DNA of 63,809 bases, counting the filler, from Octopus bimaculoides (taxonomy: Eukaryota): NCBI RefSeq assembly GCF_001194135.2. It is 5 parts of 5 records of this genome, joined end to end, with 100 filler letters (N's around TTAATTAATTAA, not from the genome) between each part and the next. Parts side by side here need not be neighbours in the genome. Positions count along the whole stretch, not along the records: positions 44,368 to 59,872 come from NC_068999.1; positions 59,973 to 62,566 come from NW_026350900.1; positions 62,667 to 63,809 come from NW_026353525.1; 2 more parts are not named here. One strand, 5' to 3'. This document shows, in pieces, positions 50,401 through 63,785 of the stretch. Made by a program: the position numbers and the translations under genes. Under the pieces are notes generated by a model. It was not told where the DNA came from and made no database searches. It worked only from the letters and a program-made list of their open reading frames with translations. Position 1 is the stretch's first letter, and the number at the start of each line of letters is the position of its first letter.

Positions 50401-50999
50401 TATAAAAAAAAAACTACAAATTAACAATACACAAAAGAACGAACAAACTAGTAACAGTATTCAATAACGGGTTAAAATACACACCATCCCTCCATCCATC
50501 ACCAACACAACCACCAATATATCTTAGCGCGACCACGACTAGCACCATTGCGACGACAAACAGTTGTAGGAAACCCGTGACGAAAACTACCGAGACCAAA
50601 CGAAATCTAGGATTATCTTCTCCTAATAACTTATCCTTTAGATTTCATTGAATGTTTGTACATTTTCTCTCACGACCCAAGATAAAACTTGTAGATACTT
50701 ATCTTGAACGATTTTTAAAGTATTTGGTGTATGCTCTTATCGTTAAATTAACGTCGTTAAGCAGTCAGTCAATAAACGGATCGATATATGATCAATCCAT
50801 ATATATATATATATATGTATATATATGTATATATATGCTGTGATTTGACCTGGTCAATATTGGTGCTGTATATGAAACAATGTCACAGAAAATACGGTAG
50901 AAAATATAACTGAATAACAAAGAATAAAGAATTGGCAGCTCAAAACTTTGCGCAACAGTATTTCTAGTGGTAATGGCAGTCGTAGTTTAGGAAACTAAA

Positions 51000-51057
51000 C
51001 TTTTCTGTCTTCGATAATCAATAATCACTATCTCTATCCCCCCCCTCTCTCTCTCTC

Positions 51058-51126
<69 letters not shown>

Positions 51127-51495
51127 GTAAGTATGTATGTATGTATGTATGNNNNNNNNNNNNNNNNNNNNNNNNNNNNNNNNNNNNNNNNNNNNNNNNN
51201 NNNNNNNNNNNNNNNNNNNNNNNNNNNNNNNNNNNNNNNNNNNNNNNNNNNNNNNNNNNNNNNNNNNNNNNNNNNNNNNNNNNNNNNNNNNNNNNNNNNN
51301 NNNNNNNNNNNNNNNNNNNNNNNNNNNNNNNNNNNNNNNNNNNNNNNNNNNNNNNNNNNNNNNNNNNNNNNNNNNNNNNNNNNNNNNNNNNNNNNNNNNN
51401 NNNNNNNNNNNNNNNNNNNNNNNNNNNNNNNNNNNNNNNNNNNNNNNNNNNNNNNNNNNNNNNNNNNNNNNNNNNNNNNNNNNNNNNNNNNNNNN

Positions 51496-51559
<64 letters not shown>

Positions 51560-51927
51560 TATGTCTATATGTATATAGATATATATGTATGGATGGATGG
51601 ATGTATCTGCAGATACGGAATAAAGAACACACAAGCTGACACCTATAGAAACATATATAAACAAACACAGGTAGATCATTTATATTGCTCTGCCGCCCAG
51701 ATTTCTAATATATATTCGTATATAATTGTAGAGCACACCTACGTTTCTCATAGACGTGCACCCCTAACACAACAATTGTATTACTGTACACGTATGAGTG
51801 TTTAGACTTATGTATATGTTTGTGTAAATCCGTGTGCCCGTGTATGTGACTCTAACACATATATATATATAAAAGTGTGTGTGAAAGTACGGATGTGTAG
51901 AAGCATTAATTTTTGTGAGTTTGCAAG

Positions 51928-51965
<38 letters not shown>

Positions 51966-52008
51966 CATACACGTACACAAACTTACACAAACAAACACTC
52001 ACATATAT

Positions 52009-52059
<51 letters not shown>

Positions 52060-52489
52060 GTATATGGAAATATATATAATTGTACTCATATATACGCGCG
52101 CTCCACCCACTCACTCATGCAAAGATAAATATACATATACATATGTACACGTGCACATGTATGTACGTACATTCATACGTATATTTATTGTTGTGTATGT
52201 ATATATAAACATTTGTGTGTGTGTGTGTGTACGTATATGCACACACATATCTATGAGTTCAAGTATGTATATATACACGTGCGTTTGCGTTTGTGTGCTA
52301 TACATTCACAGACACGCAGGCATGCACACAAAACACACACACACATTCACACACAAACACACACATTCACACACAAACACACACATTCACACACAAACAC
52401 ACACAAACACACACACACACAAGCACATTCCATCACACACACACACGCGCGCACACATATACACAGAGTGTGTGTGCGTGTGTGCGCGT

Positions 52490-52537
<48 letters not shown>

Positions 52538-53329
52538 CAATTGTTGGAAATGAATGAATGAAAATAATGACAATAGGAGGCGCTAGCAGAGCAAGAACAT
52601 CTTCTTCGTTCGCTGCTCACTCGCTATCTATTACTCTAATATACTAATAGCTCTAAAGCGCTATAAATACTTACACGCGTTTTCTAAATTCCACCATTTT
52701 ACATTTACGAGAAAGGCGGTGTTTGTCAAAAGATAAAACAACAAAAGTTTTTCCCTCTTTGCATTACACACCATACACCACCCACCGTTTATTTTTTCTT
52801 TCTCAGAGATTGAACTTGTATTGTGTAACAACTGTGCAACTGGCAATTAATGTTACAATAGCTGGGCTGTTAATGGCCCGAAATTGGCCAAAACTCTTAC
52901 ATCATTCATGTAGAACACCACAGAGGATGTTACACTATGAGCGAGTCATGTGAACCAAAACTTTTGGACCACCTCCGCCTTATTCTTTTTCTACTGTGAC
53001 TGCCACTTCTACTGCTACTTCTACTTTCACACTACCCTCCTTTACCCATTTTTTTCTTTTTTTTATGCGTGTGTGTGTGTTTTCTTTTTGCGTTGTTTGT
53101 TTGATTATTTTATTTATTTACTTATTGTTATAATGAACGCGGGCAATGAATGATCTAGATGAATGTATGGATGCTTGTAGGTATATATCTATATAACTAT
53201 TTGTCATTTTCCTCTGAGAGTGTGTGTATATGTGTGTGTGTGAGTGTGTGTACATATATAGACACACATACATTTACACACGCACAAAATATACATACTT
53301 TTCTCTCCTCTCTCCTTTCTATATCCATT

Positions 53330-53422
<93 letters not shown>

Positions 53423-54300
53423 ATATATATATATATATATANNNNNNNNNNNNNNNNNNNNNNNNNNNNNNNNNNNNNNNNNNNNNNNNNNNNNNNNNNN
53501 NNNNNNNNNNNNNNNNNNNNNNNNNNNNNNNNNNNNNNNNNNNNNNNNNNNNNNNNNNNNNNNNNNNNNNNNNNNNNNNNNNNNNNNNNNNNNNNNNNNN
53601 NNNNNNNNNNNNNNNNNNNNNNNNNNNNNNNNNNNNNNNNNNNNNNNNNNNNNNNNNNNNNNNNNNNNNNNNNNNNNNNNNNNNNNNNNNNNNNNNNNNN
53701 NNNNNNNNNNNNNNNNNNNNNNNNNNNNNNNNNNNNNNNNNNNNNNNNNNNNNNNNNNNNNNNNNNNNNNNNNNNNNNNNNNNNNNNNNNNNNNNNNNNN
53801 NNNNNNNNNNNNNNNNNNNNNNNNNNNNNNNNNNNNNNNNNNNNNNNNNNNNNNNNNNNNNNNNNNNNNNNNNNNNNNNNNNNNNNNNNNNNNNNNNNNN
53901 NNNNNNNNNNNNNNNNNNNNNNNNNNNNNNNNNNNNNNNNNNNNNNNNNNNNNNNNNNNNNNNNNNNNNNNNNNNNNNNNNNNNNNNNNNNNNNNNNNNN
54001 NNNNNNNNNNNNNNNNNNNNNNNNNNNNNNNNNNNNNNNNNNNNNNNNNNNNNNNNNNNNNNNNNNNNNNNNNNNNNNNNNNNNNNNNNNNNNNNNNNNN
54101 NATATATATATATATATATATATAAGTATATGTATGTAAGTAAATATATATGTCCATATATACATACACACACATACACATACGTATGTGTGTGTGTATA
54201 TATATATATGTATATATATATATATACAGATACATACGTGTAGGTGTGTGCGGGTGTGTGCGGGTATGTCGGTGTGTGGGTGGATGTGTATGCATTTTCG
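51000..54300. repeat. (AT)n/(GT)n/(AC)n microsatellite fields around N gaps
   Basis: Directly visible. Confidence 0.9.
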
Positions 54301-54399
54301 CTACTTTAATTGCCTTATATCTTCCGCCTCTTACTGCAACTCCTCTTTCATCATAACCCCTTCCTTTCTACCACATTGATAATTTTAACCTTCATATCA

Positions 54400-54753
54400 G
54401 CTTGCTTCCACCACCACCACCCCCAACACCACCAACACCACCACCAACTACAGCAGCATCATCAACACCCACCCACCCAAACTGACCACATAAAATACAC
54501 AATCGCCACATGAACTTTGCCGAACTCCACCTCAACGATGACCACTGCAGCTACCATTTGATATTATTCTTGCCATCTGTAGCAGCGCCACCTACACCAC
54601 CACCGTAGCCACCAGCAGTAGCAGTAGCACCACCACCATCATAATTATACCTCTTACCGCCACCATCACATCCTTAACCTTTGGCATAACACAACAAACT
54701 ATCGCCACCGCTTTGATAGCCACTAGCAAAACAACAAGGACATTGGCCATTAG

Positions 54754-54792
<39 letters not shown>

Positions 54793-54810
54793 AATCATCA
54801 TCATCATGTC
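54400..54810. repeat. (ACC)/(CAT) trinucleotide low-complexity region
   Basis: Directly visible. Confidence 0.85.
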
Positions 54811-55329
54811 CACCATTAACATTCAGGCTTACGAACCAATGTGAATACTTCTATATGGTCACTGAACCCGCTAGAAACAACAGCTAAAATCTCTGTACAC
54901 TCATACTCTACCCGATTTAATAAAAGTGTAAAAAAGAAAAAAAATGATATGTTGTCGGCTATTGTAGACCGAGATGAAGAATGTGTAAGAAAGAAAAAAA
55001 AAATAATAAGTCTCGATGGTCAAGGCTTGAGTGCCTTTGATCATGGGTCTGCTCGGTCATGGATGTCCTGGGGTTAAACAACATCAAAAATAACAACAAC
55101 AATGTATAGGCACAGTTACAACAGGAAAGATGTTTGAAATATTAACGAAAGTCCTTTTATATTTCCCACTATTGGCTTTAAAAAATGCAAAACCCATTGT
55201 ATGACGTAGTCCAAGGTACACTACGGCCAGATAAATTACATTGGCATGAGTGGAAGACCTTTTTCCTTTATAGATATGTAGCGAAGCTATTAAACGGCAA
55301 CAACTAATATGAATGTTATAACTATACCT

Positions 55330-55773
55330 CTAAGGCAGGCAATTGTCAGAATCGTTAGCGCACGGAAAAAATGCTTAGTGGTATTTTTTCCGACTCTACG
55401 TTTTGAGTTCAGTTTCCTCCGAGGTCGACTTTGTTCTCCATCTTTTAGGGGGTCGATGTAATCGACTCACACCTTTACTGAAATTTCTAACCTTATGCCA
55501 AAACTTTAAACCATTATAACTTTGATAGTTTGTTGGTAAAATATTTACGGCGGCGAGCTGGCAGAATCGTTAGCGCGTCGGGCGAAATGCTTAGCGGTAT
55601 TTCGTCTGCCGTTACGTCCTGAGTTCAAATTCCGCCAAGGTCAACTTTGCCTTTCATCCTTTCGGGGTCGATAGCTTAAGTACCAGTTACGCATTGGGCC
55701 GATGTAATTGACTTAATACCATTGCGTAACTGGTACTTAATTTATCGACCCCGAAAGGATAAAAGGCAAAGTT
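55330..55773. mobile_element. Family-1 SINE cluster: plus copies at 55330-55520 and 55549-55720, inverted copy from 55723 into the gap
   Basis: ACTTTGCCTTTCATCCTTTCGGGGTCGATA..TAAGTACCAGTTACGCA is followed after about 28 nt by its reverse complement TGCGTAACTGGTACTTAA..TATCGACCCCGAAAGGAT.AAAGGCAAAGT. Confidence 0.9.
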
Positions 55774-56399
55774 NNNNNNNNNNNNNNNNNNNNNNNNNNN
55801 NNNNNNNNNNNNNNNNNNNNNNNNNNNNNNNNNNNNNNNNNNNNNNNNNNNNNNNNNNNNNNNNNNNNNNNNNNNNNNNNNNNNNNNNNNNNNNNNNNNN
55901 NNNNNNNNNNNNNNNNNNNNNNNNNNNNNNNNNNNNNNNNNNNNNNNNNNNNNNNNNNNNNNNNNNNNNNNNNNNNNNNNNNNNNNNNNNNNNNNNNNNN
56001 NNNNNNNNNNNNNNNNNNNNNNNNNNNNNNNNNNNNNNNNNNNNNNNNNNNNNNNNNNNNNNNNNNNNNNNNNNNNNNNNNNNNNNNNNNNNNNNNNNNN
56101 NNNNNNNNNNNNNNNNNNNNNNNNNNNNNNNNNNNNNNNNNNNNNNNNNNNNNNNNNNNNNNNNNNNNNNNNNNNNNNNNNNNNNNNNNNNNNNNNNNNN
56201 NNNNNNNNNNNNNNGTATGTATACAGATGGATTTCTATACATATTCTGTCCACGAAATTTACTCGGTCCGGGTTTAAAGGAGAATATACTTGTACAAGCT
56301 GCCAGAAAGAGGACCTAAATGAAAACCTCATGCTTACAAAGCTAGATTCTTAACCGTACACCCATGCTAAATTTTAAGGATGTCTTGGATATTTATATT

Positions 56400-57176
56400 G
56401 TTGTATTTCTTTATAGTTAAAAATTAAACTATGCTTGTTATATGATCGATATTTTGCTTAAAATTCTGTTTATGCAGATTGTTTCTGCGACAATCAGTAA
56501 TGCAATCAAGAACCCTATTAATTATCGCTACAGATACGAATTCATAATTTCGCTAACGAGACTTTACAATTGAAGCAGTTGTTCTTGTATGTCTTCTTTG
56601 TCAATGATATTGAACGAAATGTTGACATCTGCAGTGTAGCTGACCCTGAAAAAATTTGTTTAATCCCTTGCTGTCATGTATCAGGTGGGTTGTTCGTATT
56701 TGCTGAAAATTTCGACGGAAATATTTCACCAATATTCCTTGCATTGAAAACGTATACCCATCTGTAATCAGCAAGAAATAATACTTTCTATATTTATCCC
56801 ACGGCAGTTATTCTTACGGATGGTACTGTATATTGTTTTAGCGGTGATATCATACTGCTGCGTCATCGAAAGGGAGTTACCTCAATGAAATTGTAAGCAA
56901 CATGTTTATCACATCTGTAATATCTTCCATGCTGATGTGACATAATCGACATTTTCGGTTGCTTCTCGCGGGTTCCAGCGCTTCAATGTCTCTTTTGTGG
57001 AACTCGTATTTGAAGATATCTCCTTCCTTCGATTTGCAAAAGCATGACATTCAAGATGTGGTTTGATATAAAGGTCATGGATAAAAGAGAGGCTACGATT
57101 CTTATCAATAATAGTATCAACCTCAAATTTACAAGATACAAACCCATGTGTCACATCTTTTATCCACTCTTCTTCT
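56400..57176 (-). mobile_element. R4/Dong-type LINE 3' part, older paralog of 7880-8488
   Basis: DTIIDKNRSLSFIHDLYIKPHLECHAFANRRKEISS versus DSRIDAKRSLSWTQDHYITSHFEGYAFANQEQEIAT; QYDITAKTIYSTIRKNNC versus RHDVVAKTIYNAIRKKDC; KEYW*NI versus NEYW*NI. Confidence 0.85.
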
Positions 57177-58517
57177 TNNNNNNNNNNNNNNNNNNNNNNN
57201 NNNNNNNNNNNNNNNNNNNNNNNNNNNNNNNNNNNNNNNNNNNNNNNNNNNNNNNNNNNNNNNNNNNNNNNNNNNNNNNNNNNNNNNNNNNNNNNNNNNN
57301 NNNNNNNNNNNNNNNNNNNNNNNNNNNNNNNNNNNNNNNNNNNNNNNNNNNNNNNNNNNNNNNNNNNNNNNNNNNNNNNNNNNNNNNNNNNNNNNNNNNN
57401 NNNNNNNNNNNNNNNNNNNNNNNNNNNNNNNNNNNNNNNNNNNNNNNNNNNNNNNNNNNNNNNNNNNNNNNNNNNNNNNNNNNNNNNNNNNNNNNNNNNN
57501 NNNNNNNNNNNNNNNNNNNNNNNNNNNNNNNNNNNNNNNNNNNNNNNNNNNNNNNNNNNNNNNNNNNNNNNNNNNNNNNNNNNNNNNNNNNNNNNNNNNN
57601 NNNNNNNNNNNNNNNNNNNNNNNNNNNNNNNNNNNNNNNNNNNNNNNNNNNNNNNNNNNNNNNNNNNNNNNNNNNNNNNNNNNNNNNNNNNNNNNNNNNN
57701 NNNNNNNNNNNNNNNNNNNNNNNNNNNNNNNNNNNNNNNNNNNNNNNNNNNNNNNNNNNNNNNNNNNNNNNNNNNNNNNNNNNNNNNNNNNNNNNNNNNN
57801 NNNNNNNNNNNNNNNNNNNNNNNNNNNNNNNNNNNNNNNNNNNNNNNNNNNNNNNNNNNNNNNNNNNNNNNNNNNNNNNNNNNNNNNNNNNNNNNNNNNN
57901 NNNNNNNNNNNNNNNNNNNNNNNNNNNNNNNNNNNNNNNNNNNNNNNNNNNNNNNNNNNNNNNNNNNNNNNNNNNNNNNNNNNNNNNNNNNNNNNNNNNN
58001 NNNNNNNNNNNNNNNNNNTATATATACACGCATATATATACGTGTGAATGTGAGTGTATGTTATATATATTCGTGTGCATGAGTGTAAATATGTTATACA
58101 TGTGTCTGTGCGTGCAAGTTTGTCTGTGTTTGTGAGGATTAATGGATTAAGAAAGTAAAGCTGCAAGTATATATACCTGTATGCTTGTTTGTGTGAATCA
58201 AATATATCGCAAGCATAGTCAACTGGTTAAGAGCAAGGTTTTGCAATCATGGTGTCGCAACACAGAGCGAGACTCTGATCAACCCACAAAGTATGAGTCG
58301 GTGGTGGGGAATTTCGGTAAATAGAAACCACTATGGTAGAACTTCGTCACTTAGATACAACCAGTAATTCAAAAAGCGATATATCTCGGGCAGGTTGTTC
58401 TACTTATCTTTTCCGAGTATTGTTCTATTATGTATCAGGAATACTCAGCCAGTTATTATTATTATTATTATTTTTTTTATTATTATTATTATTATTATTG
58501 TTATTATTATTATTATT

Positions 58518-59792
58518 AAACATGCGCTAAGGCTATGACATCTCCAGTGCTTCCTTGACGGTGAACAGGTGTGGTCGCCGTTCGCCCAACACGTATTTCC
58601 GCAGCTAGGCTGTTTTGGTTAAGGAATCTATCTGCTTTTCAGATTTCCCAACTAATTTCAGGTCATCCATAAGTGTCACTGTCATGGGTCTTAGGGCAAT
58701 TACAAAAAGTAACGGAGAAAACGAGTCACCTTGGAAGATTCTCCCTTTAATATTAACTTCTCCAAGGAATACATTACTTGAGTACAATTTGGTTTTCCAC
58801 TCTTTCATGCCATGCATCAGAAAATTTGTGATGTTGTCAGCAACACCAAACATCTGCAGGCATTCAACGATCCAAGAACGAGGTACCATAACATACGCCT
58901 TCTTAAAGTCAATCCAAGCCATGGACATGTTTGTATGATGCTTTTTACAATGCCTCAAAGCTTTTTTATCGATGAACAGGTGATCTGTACCCTGAAAACT
59001 CTTCCCACATCATTTTTGTTCCCTTGGTAGTATTTTTTCTAGTGCGAGGAAAGTGTATGTCTTTGTCGCACATATTCCAGTGAGTATCTTCTAGATTATG
59101 CTTAGGCATGCTATGGGACTGTAGTTTCCCACAATAACCCCCTTTCTTCTATCTTTCATTACAAGTTTTGTCCTCCCAGTCACCATCCACGTGGGGACTG
59201 TGCCTTTCTGGACATACTCATTCAATTGGGCCTCTAGTCTTTCATGCACCGCGTAGCTTCTCTTCAGCCAAAAGCCATGAATCCCATCTAGTCCGGGGGC
59301 TTACCACTTAGGCACTTTACTCACTTGTTCTTTCATATCACCCGTGCTTATGACAATATTCTTTTGCTTCTTTCCTCCGAGTAATTTTGTCTTGATAAGT
59401 CCGATCCGCATTGCATCCGTTAAGCACCCCATTGTTTCCCCGTAATCCGCTTCAGAATGCCTTGGCTTGATTTGCATCAGGGAAAACATTTTACCCATTG
59501 TCTCCCTCTAACTTTCGGAAGAATTGCTTCGGGTTATTTTTGAACCATCTCTTCTCCTCGAACTGCTTTTTTCTGTTCACAAATCTTCTGATCTTCTAGC
59601 TTTCTGCCATGATCCTCTATTTTAACTGCTCTCTTACTGCATCAAACCCGTTCTTCCGTATTTTATATTTCTTCTCTAATTTCTCTCAGTCGGTCTTTAT
59701 CCCATTTTTCCAGTTTCCTCTTAACCATTGCTATTGCGAATTTTTTCCTAGATCTTGCCTTTCCCGCCTTATTTCAATGCGTCGTTTCCACC
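58518..59792 (-). mobile_element. R4/Dong-type LINE RT region, 5'-truncated and internally deleted, flanked by (TAA)n on both sides
   Basis: WKRRIE..., KWAPGLDGIHGFWLK, VPTWMVTGRTKLVMKD, AWIDFKKAY.MVPRSWI, IFQGDSFSPLLF, MDDLKL; (TTA)n at 58453-58517 and 59793-59852. Confidence 0.92.
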
Positions 59793-59847
<55 letters not shown>

Positions 59848-59872
59848 ATTATTATCCAGATGTAAAGCAACT

Positions 59873-59972
59873 NNNNNNNNNNNNNNNNNNNNNNNNNNNN
59901 NNNNNNNNNNNNNNNNTTAATTAATTAANNNNNNNNNNNNNNNNNNNNNNNNNNNNNNNNNNNNNNNNNNNN
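59873..59972. other. Artificial scaffold join 44N-TTAATTAATTAA-44N
   Basis: Same 100-bp structure as 12486. Confidence 0.95.
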
Positions 59973-59974
59973 CG

Positions 59975-60015
<41 letters not shown>

Positions 60016-60156
60016 TATGTACATGTATGTATTTATCCACCTAACCATCCATCTATCTGTCCATCCATCCATCTACCTATCCATCTATAGGCGCAGATGT
60101 ATGTAAATATGTATATATAGAAACATCTATAAATGCGTTTATTTTTCTATATATAG

Positions 60157-60191
<35 letters not shown>

Positions 60192-60224
60192 TGTGTGTAA
60201 GCATATTCCTACATATATAGGTAC

Positions 60225-60287
<63 letters not shown>

Positions 60288-60459
60288 TATATGTATGTGT
60301 ATAGACATATGTATGTATATGAGAACCGGTGAGGAGGCTGGACTAAGTTTTCTGCGTCAATGTAAAACTTGTCTGCTAGAAGATTGATGCAGCGCCAGCT
60401 GTTGTATCTCACACACTTAGACAACGCCAACCATCGCCGCCGCCACCTTTACACCATTA

Positions 60460-61061
60460 CCTGTACTACCACCAGCACCGCCACCACCAGCACCAGCACC
60501 ACCACCACTACCACCACCACTACCTGCCCTTCCTCGACCAATACCGCCAACTACACCTCCGCCACCACTACCAATACTTCTATTACTGGCATTGCTACGT
60601 CCACCACCACCNNNNNNNNNNNNNNNNNNNNNNNNNNNNNNNNNNNNNNNNNNNNNNNNNNNNNNNNNNNNNNNNNNNNNNNNNNNNNNNNNNNNNNNNN
60701 NNNNNNNNNNNNNNNNNNNNNNNNNNNNNNNNNNNNNNNNNNNNNNNNNNNNNNNNNNNNNNNNNNNNNNNNNNNNNNNNNNNNNNNNNNNNNNNNNNNN
60801 NNNNNNNNNNNNNNNNNNNNNNNNNNNNNNNNNNNNNNNNNNNNNNNNNNNNNNNNNNNNNNNNNNNNNNNNNNNNNNNNNNNNNNNNNNNNNNNNNNNN
60901 NNNNNNNNNNNNNNNNNNNNNNNNNNNNNNNNNNNNNNNNNNNNGTGTGAAGTATTTGGTAAAGATTATTGCAGGACACCTGTTGTGTCTCACACCTCAA
61001 TTTTGATTGCTACCACCACCACCACAACCACCACTAACAACAACAGCAATACCACCGCCGT

Positions 61062-61111
<50 letters not shown>

Positions 61112-61464
61112 GTGCTACTACCACTACGACGACCACGACGACGACGACCACCACCACCACCACCACCACTGCTGCAGCTACCTCCCACCACCACCACTGG
61201 TGCTACAACATCAACTGTTATCCTAATTCCACCACTACTAGTTGCCATTGGTGTTCGACTGGTCTGTTTTGCTAGAAGGAGCAGCCAAATGCCAGCCTTG
61301 TTGTCGTTGTGGCGGATGTAAGCAGCGAAGGGTATTTCAGAAATTCGCTCGGAAGATTGCTAACGCTGACAGAGACCGAAAACAACAGATGTGATGGTCA
61401 TGGTCAGATTAGCTGACCTGCCGAAAGCAGTGCTTGTCAACGCTTCAACGATAGGTTACATTGA

Positions 61465-61500
<36 letters not shown>

Positions 61501-61640
61501 GGAGGAGAAAGAGGGGACGAAGAGAAGGACGAGAACAAGAAGATGATGATGGTGATGATGATGATGATGGAGGACGAGGACGAGGGAAGAAGTAGGAGTA
61601 GAAGATGAAGAAAAAAAAGATGATGGTGATGATGATGATG
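60460..61640. repeat. (ACC)/(ACT)/(ACG)/(GAT) trinucleotide low-complexity fields
   Basis: Directly visible. Confidence 0.85.
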
Positions 61641-61974
61641 ATAGTTTCAAGGGCCAGCAAGTTCGGGGAAAGGGGTAAATCCATGACATCGACGCCTCCC
61701 CCCCCCCGATCTCCAAATTTAAGCAATAAAATACCCCGAATAAGGGGAGTTCTACCCCCACGAACTTCATACATGCTGGCCACTATAACGGCTGAGCGTA
61801 CCCCAGGCAAGCACCTCTCTCCTCTTCATCGCTTCCGGCCTACAGGCGTAGGTTCAGAGCAGCCTCATTCTCACGGGCCATCCTCGGCACATTCATCCAC
61901 CTTTCAACAAAGATATTGGGACGGGGAATGTGAAGCATTTCCCTTTTAGCCATCATTATAGGAATAATCTATAC

Positions 61975-62566
61975 TACTATAGGCTCAAAGCCCGAAACAA
62001 TTTTGGAGGAAGGAGGCGAGTCAATTGTATTGACCCTAGTACATGACTGGTTCTTATTTCATTGACCCCCGAATGGATGAAAGGCAAAGTTGACCTCGGT
62101 GGAATTGAAACTCGGAACGTTATGTCGGAAGAAATGTTGCTAAGCACTTTGCCTGGCGTGCTAATGATTCTGCCAGCTAGCCGCCTGAAACAACAACAAC
62201 AGCAACAATAATAATCCTTTTTATTATAGGCACAACGCCTGGAATTTGTGGGAAGCGGTCTAGTCGATTAGATCGATTCCACTGTTTTACTGGTATTTAA
62301 TTTATCGACCCCGAAAGGATGAAAGGCAGAGGTCGACCTTGGCAAAATTTGAACACAGAACGTAGCGGCAGACGAAATACCTGTTTCTTTATTGCCCACA
62401 AGGGGCTACACACAGAGGGGACAAACAAGGACAGACAAACGGATTAAGTCGATTATATCGAGTACAGTGCGTAACGGTTACTTAATTTATCGACCCCGAA
62501 AGGATGAAGGGCAAAGTCGACCTTGGCAAAATTTGAACACAGAACGTAGCGGCAGACGAAATACCT
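61975..62566 (-). mobile_element. Family-1 SINE cluster: one full copy (61975-62190) and two near-identical tandem head-less units
   Basis: Units at about 62297-62381 and 62482-62566 share the private variant CTTGGCAAAATTTGAACACAGAACGTAGCGGCAGACGAAATACCT. Confidence 0.88.
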
Positions 62567-62666
62567 NNNNNNNNNNNNNNNNNNNNNNNNNNNNNNNNNN
62601 NNNNNNNNNNTTAATTAATTAANNNNNNNNNNNNNNNNNNNNNNNNNNNNNNNNNNNNNNNNNNNN
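62567..62666. other. Artificial scaffold join 44N-TTAATTAATTAA-44N
   Basis: Same 100-bp structure as 12486. Confidence 0.95.
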
Positions 62667-62792
62667 GTAAAACGGAGAAGATGGGAAAGAAGTAGAAGGA
62701 GACGAAGACGAAGAAGGAAAAGATGGTGATGATAATGATGATGATGATGACGACGAAGGGGAAGTAGATTAGAGACAAGGCGTAGAAATAGA

Positions 62793-62855
<63 letters not shown>

Positions 62856-62881
62856 AAGAAGAAGAAGAAGAAGAAGAAGAA

Positions 62882-62928
<47 letters not shown>

Positions 62929-63012
62929 AGAAGAAGAAGAAGAAGAAACTGAAAAACAAACCCGAAAGAAGAAGTTATGGAAGAAGAAGAAGAAGGAAAG
63001 AAATAATAATAA

Positions 63013-63043
<31 letters not shown>

Positions 63044-63753
63044 AAGAAGAAGAAGAAGAAGAAGAAAAAGAAGAAGAAGAAGAAGAAGAAGAAGAAGAAG
63101 GAGAAGAAGAAAAAGAAGAAAAATAACAAGAAAAGGTATGAGAAGAAGAATTAGAAGATGAAGAAGAACAACAACAAAGAGAAGAAGAAGAAAAAAGAAG
63201 AAAAAGGAGAAAAAGAAGAACAAGAAGAACAAGAAGAAAGAAGAAGAAGAAGAAGAAAACGAAGAAAAATAAGAAGAAGAAAATGAAGAAGCAGAAAAAG
63301 AAGAAGAAGGAGGGGAGGAAAAGAAGGAAGGGGTGGAGGAGGACGAGGAGAAGAAGAAGAAGAAGAAGAAGAAGAAGAAGAAGGATAGAAGTACATGCAG
63401 GAGAAGATGAAAAACGTTGCTTAACAAAAAAATACCTAATGAGAAGAAGAACAAGAGGAAAAAGTAGAAGACGAAGAAGAAGAAGAAGAAGAAGAAGAAG
63501 AAGAAGAAGAAGAAGAAGAAGAAGAAGAAGAAGAAGAAGAAGAAGAAGAAGAAGAAGAAGAAGAAGAAGAAGAAGACGAAGAAGAAAAAGAAAAAGGAGA
63601 ATAAGTTGAAGATGAAGAATTAGAATAAGAAGACAAAGAAGAAAAAGAAAAAAAATAAGAAGAAAAAGAAGATAAAGATGTAGAAAAAGGATGAGTTGAA
63701 GAGGTAGACGATGAAGAAGAAGAGGAAGAAAGAGAAGAAGAAGAAGAAAAAGA

Positions 63754-63785
<32 letters not shown>

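Noticed and set aside
5501-60993. Long ORFs (120-374 aa) in the ORF track
   Set aside because: They consist of N runs (X) and microsatellite translations (YIYI, HTHT, CVCV, MYVC); none is a real gene.
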